A stretch of DNA of 63,972 bases, filler included, from Reticulomyxa filosa (taxonomy: Eukaryota > Protista > Foraminifera): NCBI GenBank assembly GCA_000512085.1. It is 20 parts of 20 records of this genome, joined end to end, with 100 filler letters (N's around TTAATTAATTAA, not from the genome) between each part and the next. Parts side by side here need not be neighbours in the genome. Positions count along the whole stretch, not along the records: positions 4,051 to 13,515 come from ASPP01024887.1; positions 13,616 to 15,954 come from ASPP01005440.1; positions 16,055 to 18,539 come from ASPP01028031.1; positions 18,640 to 22,317 come from ASPP01012617.1; positions 22,418 to 25,868 come from ASPP01025147.1; 15 more parts are not named here. One strand, written 5' to 3'. This document shows, one piece after another, positions 12,883-25,968 of this stretch. The notes below the pieces were generated by a model. That model had not been told where the DNA came from. It worked only from the letters and a program-made list of their open reading frames with translations, and did not search any database. Position numbers and translations under genes: made by a program. Each line of letters starts with the position of its first letter. Within the stretch, counting starts at the first letter, position 1.

Positions 12883-13615
12883 GATTACTTTGTTTTGATT
12901 TGATGTTGGTTTATTTATGATAAATCGTCCCAAAAAAAATTCCAAAAAACAACAACAGCTGGAAGAGAGAACATTCATCACAGATTGTGCTGTACCTTCT
13001 GAGACGACCTTGCAGAACAGTGACAACAAAGGAGTATAATACGTGAAAAATTGAAAACATTTTGCAATGCTCATTATTTCTTTGATAATTGTCATTGCGT
13101 ACTTATTTCAAACAATTGCATCCATATTTCAAGTTTATATCTTATTGGCACTTTTTTGTCATACAATAAGTTTTGGCCTTGTCATAAAAAAAAAGAAAAA
13201 TTTGGTAACTCAAAGGAGAGGCTGTGATTTGCCACTTTGGGAAATGAATATTTTAAATGTGCTTGAATCACTTAACTTGTTATCTGGCGCAGGTCACGTT
13301 CAGAACTTCGAAGGCATAGCTACGTTTGAGTTTGAGTCGTTTACGATTTTGTAGCTTCTCATGCCTTAATAATAAGATAAAATGGGGAAAATGGGCAGTT
13401 CGCAGAGACGTGAGTGCAAGTCTCGCCCAGATCAGTGTTAATTTTTTTTCATAATGGTATAATTTGTGGTTGGTCTTTTTTGCAAACCACAGTCTGCAAA
13501 AATAATCGACAATACNNNNNNNNNNNNNNNNNNNNNNNNNNNNNNNNNNNNNNNNNNNNTTAATTAATTAANNNNNNNNNNNNNNNNNNNNNNNNNNNNN
13601 NNNNNNNNNNNNNNN

Positions 13616-14355
13616 ATTTTCGTTTTTTTTTTATGTACCTGGATATGTATGCTTCACTACCTTGGCTCCTTTGGCAAATTTCAAAAAATAAAAAAGAAAC
13701 TGGATAGGTATCGAAAGGAGGTCACTCATGGTATTAACAGTGCCCGTGTAACGATGGTCATATTGAAAGGAGCGCCGGTGACAAATGTGGAAAAGCAGGA
13801 GATTCATGATATCATTGTGCAGCATGACAAACCCACAGGTACAAGAGACAATGTGCAATTCCACTTTTTTTTTTTTTTTAGGAAATCCAAAGATGAAGGG
13901 AAAACAAGAGAGGAAGGGGAAAAAAAAAAGCAAATATATATGTATATTTGCTTTTTATTGATTATAAATATGTTTAAAAAAAAAAATAGAAATGATATAT
14001 TGTGTGTACACCGTGATACGTATGCAACACATTGACATATATGATGACGCTAGATAAAAAGATAGAACTGCTTGGAAGAGAATTGGTCGGACTACCGTCC
14101 TCCCAAATTTTACTTGATTTACAAACGCTGATGGATGCAGATGCGATGGCCTTTTTTGCTTATACCATCGGGCAATTTATTGCATTCAAAGCAAAAACCA
14201 ATACGCCGGAGTGGATTTGGACTAGAATTGAAACTAATGTGCGGCGACTTCGTCCTGAATTAAGATCCAAAGCTGTAGAGTGCATAATGAAATTAGATCC
14301 GCATTTGCAAAAACTAATAGGATTTAATGTTAAAGCTTTGAAGCCCTATTTGTGA
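13616..14355 (+). CDS. 3' part of a hypothetical helical protein
   Basis: ORFs 13649 and 14032 can be joined by a GT-AG intron at about 13840-13989; coding-like composition. Confidence 0.5.
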
Positions 14356-15169
14356 TATAATACTTTTTTTTTTTTAAATTTTTTGTTTAACACGAAAACA
14401 AAATAATCACGATAAATAATATTTTATAAATAAAGGAAATTGAATAAATAAAATAATGATATACTTTTTTTTTTAAATAAAACATCATTAAATTCTCTTC
14501 CTATATAGGTTTTGGTTTTTTTATTTTGGGTTTGATTTTTTATTTTTATTTTTATTTTTCTCCCTTCTTTCTTAAAGCAACATTTTTTTTTTCAACAAAG
14601 GCTGAGTGCGTCTTTTTTTTTTAATATCTTTTGTTGCTTTCATGGGGGTTTTATTTGCTTTTTGTTTTTTTCTTTTGAACCTTTTTGGATGATAGAATCG
14701 ATAATTTATCACACAAGTTTACAAAGAATACAACTGCAGGTTCAAAATGTTGATTTGCGTTTGATTTTTTGTTGGCTTAAATTTTTTATTATTTTTGTAT
14801 CAAACACTTCAAAAACACTAGCTGAGGGTTTTTGATAACTACTGCTCTTCAGTTTTTACCTTTTTAAAATTTTTTTGTGTTGACTTGGAAGTTGACTTTC
14901 CTTTTAAGAAGCGATAGTTATTGCGTGTACAAAAAATGTGTGAGATTTTTGAAAGTTGTTTTGCTCGAAGAAGATGATAACGTTATTCCCTCTTCCTTAG
15001 TCAACAAGCTTATTCACTTTTTATTTGCTTGCTTTCCGTTTTCACATTTTTCGATTAGCCTTTAAAAAAATATGCTGTGTTAATCTGCGTACTGTTTTTA
15101 TACACAAACCTCCCTGCATTCATTCAAGTTCTTAATTCAATTACTTACAAAAGCATTCGATAAGACAAA

Positions 15170-15954
15170 ATGTTAATCCAATGTATCCTTGGGATCATAT
15201 TGCTACCGAATTTGTTGCAAGGCGCAAGTTTAAGCGACATATCGTACATGTTGTCGACTCCCGTGGTATGGAATCAAATAACAATTGAGTACTATCGAGC
15301 AAGTACATGTGTGATAAACGCAGCCCAAACGACGTGGTTGCTTGGTGGAAAAATGCTTGGTGTAGACAACGACATTGCCAATACAGCAACAAAGGAACAG
15401 TTTTCAAGAACCGGATACACAACGCTAATCCGTTAAATAATATCAATACCCTGACAAAAAAAAAGGATGGTTTATTGTATCATTAACTGTACCTTGCAAA
15501 ACACCGGAATTTTTTAAAAAAATATTTACAAAGTTTTTGAGAGGGAAAAATAAACACAAAAACAGACAAACAAATCAGAAAAATCTTTTTTCGGATAATG
15601 TTTAAACTTGATCACTACAAACAGAGGATGAAATTTTGCAAGTTCCAGGATCGTTTCCAGGACAATATGTGGACTCTCCGGGTATCTTTTGTTCGTTGAG
15701 TTCTCAAGCTAGTTACGGGACGTACAACGGCAATCAAAAAATGTGTTATTTGGGTGGCAACGATGGTAGTTCAAACACTCCACAATGTGGATGCTGCAAT
15801 ATTGAAAGCACAAGTGGCAGTAGAGTACGCTGCGATGATCTGGATGCCTTGAGTATATGTCCCCCAGTGTTTAGTTCTTGTGTGGTCAACGACCTCACCA
15901 AAAATCGTGCCATACAAGTCGGGGGTAGCACAGGAACAACACCTGTCACCAATG
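15170..15954 (+). CDS. Secreted Cys-rich, kelch-like protein, 3' truncated
   Basis: Signal peptide MLIQCILGIILLPNLLQGA; repeated WLLGG, CYLGG and IQVGG motifs; runs into the spacer. Confidence 0.55.
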
Positions 15955-16449
15955 NNNNNNNNNNNNNNNNNNNNNNNNNNNNNNNNNNNNNNNNNNNNTT
16001 AATTAATTAANNNNNNNNNNNNNNNNNNNNNNNNNNNNNNNNNNNNNNNNNNNNTCTATTTTTGTATCTCTTTTTTGTACATTTGAAATGAGTGAAACTA
16101 GACCAAAAAAAAAGGATTGAAGACAAAAAAAAAAAAAAAACCAGGTACATTATCTGCTCAACAATTGAGATGGATTAAATAAAAATAATGTCATTTAAAA
16201 CACACGAGGAAAAAAACCAGGTTTTAAAATAATTAAAATATGTGAAATAGAAAAAAATATGAAAAAAAAAATTATAAAACCAACCAAAACCAGGGCAAAA
16301 AGTCTTGGAAAAAACAATTCAGCATGTTTCCGATTTGATTTTTTTTACAAAAAAAAAACAACCAATGCAATGAAGAAGATAGGACAAATGCATTAAAATT
16401 TTTGGTGGGATACAAAAGAGTTGGATGTTTCGAATTGTTGCACGGCATT

Positions 16450-16984
16450 GACAAATGAATGACCGCTGTTATTGGTCCGTTGTGATAGCAGTTGGACCAC
16501 ACCATTCATTGATCATATTCAATGGGGAATTACCCTATGATCAGAATCAAACTTGTCGTCCTATTATCTTCTTTATATTTGTGATAGTCATCATTTTCAT
16601 AGCTATTGTATTTCTTTTCGTCGCTTTTGTTGTCGTTTTGCTTTGCTTTTGCAAGCGCCACTTTTCTATCGTTCAAATCGAAATATACATTTTTCGTTGA
16701 CTCCTTTTCGTCCTATGTTGTTTTTTTTTGGTTCCCCCTTTTTCCCAAAGTGAATTATAAAAACATACCTCCGTCAATGCCAGGCTATTTGTCGATTGCT
16801 GCAGTTTCATTTGTGTTTTCGCCTTCACTGCTGAGATCGACGTTTTTATTAAAAGTTTGCTTTCTTGGCTAGCCGAAGATGTTTCCAGTACACTCACTAT
16901 TGTACTTGCTTTTTCATCTTTTTCATGTAAGGGAAGGTGAGCAAGTGGGAGAAACAGAAGCTCTGAGCCATTAGTAATTGTCAT
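16450..16984 (-). CDS. Hypothetical protein, possibly spliced
   Basis: ORF 16673..16984 plus a downstream charged exon after an A-rich AG; the 3' end is uncertain. Confidence 0.3.
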
Positions 16985-17444
16985 CTTCCAACATTAGAGT
17001 TGCCAACTTTTTTAAATGTCCCCTTTTTGAGAAAAAAACAATGTTAACCTTACAGTATAGGCCATACTAAAGCAAGGTTGACACAATGGTTTTCTCTCTC
17101 CAAATACCATATTATCTTTGAAAGTTATTTTTACTTGATGGTTATCGAACAGGAATAGTGTTTTACTTTTCTTACAAAGTGTATGAATTGAAAAACATCA
17201 ATGATTTGAAAAAGACAATTTGAAACTCTTTGGTTTGTCGTCTCGAATGTTTGAAAAGTAAAAAAGTACATTCTTCTCTCTTGTTACAAATATGTTTTCC
17301 CAATGACAAATATCTCTGGCAATGTAAAGTACAGTTTGCTTTCAAATGAAAGAAAAACGTAAGGTTAAAAGAAAAAGTAGGGAAAACGAACTCTTATAAA
17401 CATTTTCAATATTATTCATCAGTTGAAAAGAGTTTTGCACTAAA

Positions 17445-17625
17445 TGTAATACGAAAGATTGTTACTGAGAAAACCTAGTTTTCCGTAAAACAAAGTAAAT
17501 TAAAGAAAAAAAGATGAATGGCACAACAAAACAAAAGAGTGAAGGAAAGTTAGTCGAGGAGTTTAACCCACTGGGGACTCCCAGGTTCCTTTCTGGTTCA
17601 GATATTTAGAAGACATTGCCCTACA
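17445..17625. mobile_element. Short TGTA...TACA element, diverged copy 2
   Basis: TGTAATACGAAAG...TTTAACCCACTGGGG...GCCCTACA, collinear with 1460-1658. Confidence 0.55.
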
Positions 17626-18639
17626 TTCAAAAAACAAAACAAAAAGTGTAATGCATTTATTTAGCTTTATTGTTAAAATCTTAAAATATTAAATTTAAAA
17701 TCTTAAAAAAGAGTGCAATCAGTAATTGCAATAGAAATATGCTACAGTTTAGCTTCTTAATTTATATTACAATTCTATGATGTTCATCCTTCTTTGAAAA
17801 TATTGTCCATGTCTTCAGTGCAGACTTCTACAAAGCAAAAAGAATTTTTGTATTAATTATGATAGAAAGATTAGATATGTATTGATAACAAGTGAAAAGA
17901 AAGAAGAAATAGTTTTAATTGATGAAATTTATGTATTGTTTGATCAATGGAATCAAATCCTTTCAATATCATCTCAAAATATTTATCATTATCTGTAAAT
18001 TATAAATAAAGTGTAATCAAACGAGAAAAGAAAAAGAGTAAAACAATGTACAGTAAAGTACAAGGAACTTATTTAATCGTTGCAATTATTAATCAACTTT
18101 ATTCATAAAAATTAAAAGAGATTTACATTGTGTTGAATTATTTGTTCTCAATTTACTTTATTTTATTGAAATTGGTCTTGTACAATCTTTATAAAAAAGG
18201 ACTATGTAATTTTATCAATAAATGTTTTTGTCAACAGCATACATTTTCAAAACGCTTTTTCAGTTTTATTTTTTTTGGTAATTGGATTTAAAAATTGAAC
18301 TACATCATAAAAATCAGATTGCACAAGCCCAGATTGTACAAGACCAGATTGCACAGGTACTCCGGACAGATGTTGAAATTGCTGCAACAAATGTAACTGT
18401 ATTTTCAAAAACTCTTTGATGCTACAGTAGGTTGCAAAGAAAACTGAATACCTAAAACGATATCCTATGATGATAATTGATTTTCTCCATGAAAAATCAA
18501 CATTTAGACCTAATTTTTTTTTTATTTTAAAAAAAATATNNNNNNNNNNNNNNNNNNNNNNNNNNNNNNNNNNNNNNNNNNNNTTAATTAATTAANNNNN
18601 NNNNNNNNNNNNNNNNNNNNNNNNNNNNNNNNNNNNNNN

Positions 18640-19247
18640 GGGGTTGTGGCTGTGTCTGGGGTTGCGGTTGTGGTTGTGTCTGCAGTTGTGGTTGTGACTG
18701 CGGTTGTGACTGCGGCTGTGGTTGTAGTCGCGGTTGTGGTTGTAGTTGCGGTTGTGGTTACGGCTGGAGTTGCGGTTGTGGTTGTAGCTGCGGTTGTGGT
18801 TACGGCTGCATTTGTGGTTACGGCTGCAGTTGTGGTCGCGGCTGCAGTTGCGGCTGCAGTTGTGTTTGCGGCTGCGGTTGTGGTTGCAGTTGCGTCTGCG
18901 GTTGTTTCTTCGGTAGTCCAAATTTCAGTTGTATCGGCTGTCGTTGACACATCACTTGAAGGTAATGCTACCGTGGCTTTGGTTGGTGGTGTAGTTGGTG
19001 GTAATGTAGTTGGTGGTAGTGTAGTTGGTGTAGTTGGTAATGTAGTTGGTAATGTAGTTGGTAATGTAGTTGGTGGTAGTGTAGTTGGTAATGATGTAGT
19101 TATTGTTACACTCTGTGACGCGACCAGTTTAATTGTCATGAGGTGCAGTACGCATACTGTTTTTGTTTGTTTTTGTACGTCTCAGTTAAAAGCATATTCC
19201 GAAGAGTTGATACCTGTCACTAAGATTTGTAACCAACGCGATAACAT
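18640..19247 (-). CDS. Secreted mucin-like Thr/Pro/Ala-rich protein, 3' truncated
   Basis: ATG at 19247 and intron 19157-19213 give the signal peptide MLSRWLQILVTVCVLHLMTIKLVAS, followed by LPTT and TTTA repeats. Confidence 0.75.
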
Positions 19248-19989
19248 TTACGCTGTATTATAATATATTATAAATCTAAATTTTTTCAAAATAAAGTTGA
19301 AAAAGTATTTTAAAACTAAAAAAACCTCAGCAGACGACCGAGGAATTTCTGCTCGTCTATCTCAGTGGGAGAAGCGTAAAACAAACTTTCGCCTGATACA
19401 AGGAAAAAATAGTAAGAAAAACATATCTCTTATTAGACTCGTAAAAAAAACTGCAAAAGTTTAAATTGGAGGACACCAAAAAATTGACGATTGTCCTACT
19501 GTGAAATAAACTGACTAAACTAACTCTATTCTAAACTTTCAGCGTTGGACATGTTGGTTAAGTGTCAAGGAGCTATAAGCCGTTCATCCACTAACCCAAA
19601 TTGAACAAGTACCGAGAAAAAAAGAGGCAAACCTTACATAAAAATTAAAAAAAGGCACAAACATTGGAAAAAAGGATGACTGTCCGTGAGTATCTCTCTA
19701 CAGTGAACAAGTTATGACAGCTGGGACTAACAAGGGCAACAACACAAAAAAAAATCCAAAATTTTCTGCGAGAAAACCAAAAAGAAAATCAATTTTCAAA
19801 TCACTTTTAAAAAAAAAAATATTTTCACAACAACTGTCAACAACCGCATTTTCCAACAAAAAAGAGAGAGATAGAAATGAGGGAAAAAAGAAAAAAAGCA
19901 GACAAACAAAAGAAAGAAAAATTAAATCTGTGCACGTTAAAAGTCAAAATAAAAAACAAAGCAACGAAAGAATAAAACGAATTATCTTC

Positions 19990-22257
19990 TAGTGAAGACA
20001 TTTGACCAAAAAGATTTCTTTTGAGAATTTTTTTCGGAATCTTCGTCATGCGATGACACTGAAAGTCCACGAGGCGATTTCGTGGTATTTTGCATTTTCA
20101 ATGGCTTTTGTGTGTATGTGTGTTATTTGGTAGAGAGAAGATTTTATTGAGTAACAACGACAACAGCAAAACAAAAAAAAATAAAAAAAAAAAGAAAATG
20201 TTAGTGTTAAAATAGTTGTTTGTTTGCAAAAATACTTTGGCTAATTCCAAGCGAATGGGTAATGCCTCGATGTCGAGCATGGCGGTAATGTCCTGAAAAG
20301 GCATGCCAATGACATCCTTGGCATTGATGGAAATGACCATAGACCCTTCAAAAATATCAAACAAAACATCGGGTTCTACGTCACACACATAAGCATTGAC
20401 GACGTTTAGAAGAGGGTCACTCTCCTCGTTTGGAGATGGGATTGATCCAGTGATAGTGGAAGTAGCAGCAGTAGCAGTAGCAGTAGCAGTAGCAGTGACT
20501 GTAGTATCCACAGAGGGCTTCGCAGTGTCGTTCTTCGAAACATCTTTTTGGACATTGTCGTGGCATTGTTTGGAGTCATCCGAGGTAGTAGCAGAAGCAG
20601 AGGGAGTGATAATCGTAGACACGTTGTCTGTGCTGAGATTGAGAAAGTGAGGCTGATCTGTGATAGCGTGTGACGGGCGAAGTTGAAATCCAAAGGGACG
20701 CTTGGTTAACTCCACAATGTATTTCATTGGCTTCTTTGGCAATGGCCGTTTCCTATGTTTGGACATTTGATCTTTGCGAGAAAAGTGCTCGTCCAATGTC
20801 GGTGGTGGGTTTAACGCTTTTCGATTTCGAACAGACTCCACCACGTCCTCGCTTGTCGTCACTGCACGATCGCGTGTAAATTGTAAGTGATAGTATTGCA
20901 CACGACCTTTTTTTCAATTTTCAATACGCACATTTTTATAGGAATAAACACGTGCACATATATATATGTATATAAATCCACATATGTAATACATATACAA
21001 TGAATATTATAACCGGTAGTTACAAAGAATTCAATGTCGTGTTTATGTGGGTTATTTTTTTTCTCTTCTTCGTCTGGCGTCATGGCAGAATAGCTTCGAT
21101 CTCGTTCTCCGTCATTTGCGTTCTTTGTTTTGTTTTCGCTGTCGTTTTGTCTACTTTCTTGTCATTTGTTCCTGTCGCCGTTGCCGTAGTTTTTGGTTTT
21201 GCTTTGGCATTGCCATTTGAATTGCCATTTGAATTGCCATTTGTATTTCCATTTGCATTTCCATTTGCATTTCCATTTGCATTTCCATTTGCATTTCCAT
21301 TTGCATTTCCATTTGCACTTGCATTTGGTTTGGATTTTGTTGTTGCGGTTGCCTTGCCTTTGGCTTTACCTTTGCCATTTTCATTATTGGCTGTGGTGCC
21401 AGTAGTTGGCAATGTCTTTCGTTTTAAGCCCGTGCTGGTGGTTTCATTTGAACTCTTTTTTTGGGCGGATGTTGTTTTTCTCGACTGTGAGTTGGCTACG
21501 CTCTTTGTCGCTTTATTTGTCGAGTTGTTGGTCTGGCCGTTCTCTGCTTTTGGAACGGGTGATTTCGTTCGTTCTGTTTTTTTTTGTTTGTTTTGTTTTT
21601 TGGCCTTATTATCAATTTTCAGTATTCGCAAAATGGTTCATTGTGAGAAAATTCGTGTGCATGTATCCGACAGAGTATACGTGAGTTATTCACATACGCA
21701 CAATATACATATATGTATATATATATGGTATATGTGTATATGTGTATATGTGTATACGTATGTACGTAGTAGAGGGTACTGTGAATAATGATGAAACAAT
21801 ATGGACAAATGTTTTTTCATGGAATGAGTGATCTCTCGTATTGTGTTATGTATTTGTTTGTAGATATGGTAAGGAGTGAAGACTGTGTAAACGAACCATC
21901 AACAAAGTCGGCATCGGGAGACTCTTTGGCCAAATCCGTGTGAGAGATTTCGACATGAACTGGAGAGCTGCTGTTATCGGTTTCGTTAGATTGCAAAGTA
22001 GTATTATTTTGTTTTTGCGTAGTTATCACTTTTGTCATTTTCGAAACGTTTGCGCTATTTCTACCTTGAGCCGGTTTTTGAGCCACTGTGCTCTTCTTCC
22101 CTTTTTTTTCCTTTTCTTCCGTCTCGTCTTCTTTTTCTTCCTTTGTTTGTTTTTGTTGCTTCTTAACATCTTTTCCTTTTCCACCATTGGCCGGTTTTGT
22201 CGTCTTTGTTACCGTTGATCTACCTTTCGTTGGTTCTTTAGTGACTCCATTGGATTG
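19990..22257 (-). CDS. Low-complexity multi-exon protein with NGNA repeats and a C-terminal PDZ-like domain (5' truncated)
   Basis: ORFs 21817.., 21080.. and 20098..; VELTKRPFGFQL ... AYVCDV ... GSMVISINAKDVIGMPFQDITAML...LPIRLEL is PDZ-like; boundaries approximate. Confidence 0.6.
21208..21325 (-). repeat. 12-bp coding tandem repeat (AATGGAAATGCA)n encoding NGNA
   Basis: About 9 copies of ccatttgcattt and variants on the + strand. Confidence 0.85.
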
Positions 22258-23221
22258 TAAGGGTTTTTTGTTTCATTTTTGGCATTCTTATTTTTATTAT
22301 TTTTATTATTATTATTANNNNNNNNNNNNNNNNNNNNNNNNNNNNNNNNNNNNNNNNNNNNTTAATTAATTAANNNNNNNNNNNNNNNNNNNNNNNNNNN
22401 NNNNNNNNNNNNNNNNNTGTTGTTTTTTCATATAGAAAATCAATCATCTATATAAGGTGCCGTTTTAGTTGTCAACTTTAATTTGCATTCTACTGTATAT
22501 CCAAACTTGCTTAGATAATCAAATTTTTCAACTTTTTTTTGGTGTGAAATTTGTTTTTTTATTTATAAAAGAAATTGTTCAATTTGATTTAGCATATCGA
22601 TTAAAAGAAATTTGTTAGAGAAAAAAAGATCCAAATTCTGTAATCTTTGGTTTTGAATCAATACATTTTGTAGTAGACATCCACAAAAATACGATAAATG
22701 AAATACACAAAAAGCTCAAAAAAAACTACACTTTTACAAATGTCCTCAGCACCTAAAAAAGAACTTAACAAAAACATCCAGTTAACTTTAGACTTAGAAG
22801 TAAAAGAGGGGAATATGCAATAAATGTCAGGAAGTGGCCAACTAGCAAGATCTTATCCAAAAACTTGATCCAAAAGTATATCTATCTTCAGTTATGTTTT
22901 CCCAATTATTTTATCAGATTCAATTTGTAAAAATCAATGTGAAATGCAAGTACAAAAATGAATTTTACGTTATTGATTTCAGCAACAAAATAGTTATTTA
23001 TTTTTCAAATATTAAAAGCTTTTTGTATTCTTGATAAATAACTGATACTGTGACTATTTCGGAACAGGAAATTCATTTAAAAAATAAGAATATTTAAAGA
23101 AACAAGATATTTATATTGATAAAACAAAAATATAACAAAAGGAATTCAACAAAACTTATTCCATTCAATTTGATTTTATTTTTTATTAATACAGTTAATT
23201 GAATATCTGTTTTTTTTTTCC

Positions 23222-23932
23222 TTAGAGTTTTGCAAGAATATTTAGAGGAATAATCTCTTGATTTGCAATTGAGTTATTTTGCTGTTGATTTGTGAGTCTT
23301 TGAACAGCATCTGATAATATCTCTATATAAGGATCAGTCATATTATTACTATTTAAATAATGTTGAAGTTGAAATAAATAATCACTATTTTTACCACTTG
23401 GACCAACTGCAGTGTTTATGATTTTTGCACATTGATCTATTGGCAAACATTTAAAATTTGGATTTGCAATTTTACCACAATATAATAATGCAGAGACTGT
23501 TTCTTTATCTTTAGAATCTGCCCATGTAATCTGTACTAATGTTCGTTCATATCCTCCTTTTTCTCTTTCATCCAAATGATCTAATACTTCATTAATTTGA
23601 TCTTCTGGAATTTCATAAGCGAGTCCATAAATACCAGTTTTAATAATTTTGTTTTGTTTTGTGTCTGTTGCTTCCAATGTAAAAATATCTGCAGTTGGAA
23701 TAAGTGTACATACTAATCCTGGAAATGATGGTGTTCCACGATGATCAGTACTCAATTGCCAAAAACGTCTTTCATAACCAGACAGATATGCTTTTCGTGT
23801 TCTAACATAAGGAAAGGTCGGTTTCCAGCATACACTAGCATAACCAAACACCCACAGAGGCTTAGGTAAAGTAAAAGCACCTTTTGGAACACGGTTTCCT
23901 TCCCAAACCCCTAATTTATGGTTCCAAGTCAT
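23222..23932 (-). CDS. CHAC2: ChaC-family glutathione-specific gamma-glutamylcyclotransferase
   Basis: WVFGYAS, RRFWQLSTDHRGTP..PG.V.TL, LDEREKGGY, GPSGKN.DYLFQL; intronless. Confidence 0.92.
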   Translation of the reverse strand: MTWNHKLGVWEGNRVPKGAFTLPKPLWVFGYASVCWKPTFPYVRTRKAYLSGYERRFWQLSTDHRGTPSFPGLVCTLIPTADIFTLEATDTKQNKIIKTGIYGLAYEIPEDQINEVLDHLDEREKGGYERTLVQITWADSKDKETVSALLYCGKIANPNFKCLPIDQCAKIINTAVGPSGKNSDYLFQLQHYLNSNNMTDPYIEILSDAVQRLTNQQQNNSIANQEIIPLNILAKL

Positions 23933-24276
23933 GGTTATACCTTTTCAAAGAGGAAACTCAATGTTTCCTTTTTTTTTTTTTTTTTACAAAGCAAACAAAA
24001 AGACTTTGAAGAGCGTATCTTTAAATTTTGGAAGTGGAAAAAATAATTATCAAATTTCTCAATTCCAAAAGAGTAATGATATTTTTTAATGGACAACCTC
24101 GCCTCACATCTTGACAATAAATAAACAATATCATTTACAATCTCCAAATTAAAATTTTTTGATGTTATGCTAATCTAAGCAAAAAAAAAAAAAAAAAGCA
24201 AAATATTGATTTTTGATTTGTCCTCAGCGTTCAAGTCAGTTGCGATTCAACGAAGGGAAAAGTTAAAAAAAAAAAA

Positions 24277-25466
24277 ATGCTGTTTTCTCGTTCATTAAGT
24301 ATTCCGCTAAGTCAAACAGGCTTGGTTTGGCTTGTTAAGCCTCGTTTTTTTTCACACTTAAAAACGCGTAATGTTGTTAGGACACCAAAAAGACAATTAC
24401 CTTCTGACGAAGCACCTACATTAAAAAGAGGATCTTATTGGGAGATGATAAAAGGATTAATTGAACAACTTCCTCCTCTTAATACAACAATAGTACCACC
24501 AATTAATGTTGCTTCTACTTTTGTTTTAATAGGAATATTAACAGGAGGATATATGTTTATGTTTCCTCCAAAAGATTTAATGTATAAATGTAATTCACCA
24601 TTTCCACGTCTTTTTGATATGACACGTAGTGAAAAAAAAAAAAAGAAAATATATCTAAAGATTGGAAATGGTATATTGAAAAAAATATGCCAATTGGAAG
24701 ATTATTTATATTATGTCTTGGTTTTGGATATGGAATAATTGGTGGATATTGGTATTCTACTAAAATATATATTCCATTTAAAAGAATATTTCAACAATCA
24801 ATTTATGATGAAAAGCGTGTTCAATTATTAACAAATTATATCAAAAATAATTTTATTAATTGGAGAGATATTTTAAAACATTTTACTATTGGTTATTTTT
24901 TTTTATTTTTTTATTTTTTTATTTAAATAAATATTATCATAATAATAAATATAGGTTTTACAAAATGTACTATTTTGGGTAATTTAGGAATATTTAGTAT
25001 TATGACTATATCTTATATGTATACTGGTCATATTTTTGAAAATGAGTTTTTGGATGATAAATTAATTGAATATATTATTACTAATCAAAATCCAAATATA
25101 AATATGAATGAATTAAATTGGATGGATTATAGAAGTAATTATTATTTTTTAAAAGAAGGAAATATTAAAAGAGATCGTAATGATAAACGATTATCATATT
25201 CTATTGCACTTGCTTTACAAGGAACATATGCTATTGAAATTCCTTTTTTAATATCAATGTCCACTGCTTTAATTTTAAATTTACTTCGATTACGTTATCA
25301 TTGTATTAAAACTTGTCAATTATTATTGTTAACAAAAAAAATAAACTATAACAAGTTTTTTTTTTCAAACTTTTTAAATTTGAGACATGCAATCAAGACT
25401 TTCATGAATAAAAGCATTACATTCAATACAAAATACTTGTTTAAATCTATCACATTGTTCAACTAA
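24277..25466 (+). CDS. Hypothetical membrane protein with a mitochondrial-type presequence
   Basis: Arg/Ser/Leu-rich N-terminus (MLFSRSLS...), several hydrophobic helices, an A-run frameshift near 24640 and an intron at about 24892-24954. Confidence 0.5.
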
Positions 25467-25868
25467 TTCATGTTGAGTATCAATCAGTTGATACTTCACA
25501 TACTTTTGCATTACATCTCGGACAATAAAATCCATCATAAGTAAAATTATCTTCATGACATACACATAATGAAGCAAAAAATTTAGAAACTTCATGTTTG
25601 GGAAAAACCCATAGGGATCCATTTTCGATTAGTAAGATGGTTTTGTTGTGCTTCAATAGGTTGTGGTGGTACTTTAGCTAGTAAACATTCTTTGAAATGT
25701 TGTTCATCTAATATTACATTAAAATCTCCATTTGTTGCTTCACTTACCATTTTTAAGATATTTAATTCTGCAGCCAAACTTAGTATGTGTACACGAATTT
25801 TATATTGTTTTAACGATTTTATAGTATAAAATATATCATCTGGATCAACTGTAGAAAGAGAACCTGTT
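25374..25868 (-). pseudogene. SSL1: TFIIH p44/SSL1 C-terminal part with frameshift and internal deletion
   Basis: STVDPDDIF, IRVHILSLAAE, VILDEQHF, MGFP, CVCH, FYCPRCNAKVC then a stop; resumes in another frame with FCIECNAFIHESL. Confidence 0.75.
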
Positions 25869-25968
25869 NNNNNNNNNNNNNNNNNNNNNNNNNNNNNNNN
25901 NNNNNNNNNNNNTTAATTAATTAANNNNNNNNNNNNNNNNNNNNNNNNNNNNNNNNNNNNNNNNNNNN

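Noticed and set aside
13392-13432. T-arm-like hairpin GTGAG-TGCAAGT-CTCGC as a tRNA
   Set aside because: No acceptor, D or anticodon arms can be built
18314-18356. Three copies of a 15-bp CAGATTG(C/T)ACAAG repeat
   Set aside because: Short isolated tandem duplication with no supporting context
18646-19263. Antisense hydrophobic ORFs (poly-V/A here, FPFA at 21000, poly-I at 33026 and 33827)
   Set aside because: Shadow frames of low-complexity repeats on the coding strand
19351-19380. A-box-like GCTCGTCTATCTCAGTGGGAGAAGCG as a tRNA or SINE head
   Set aside because: No B-box or cloverleaf follows
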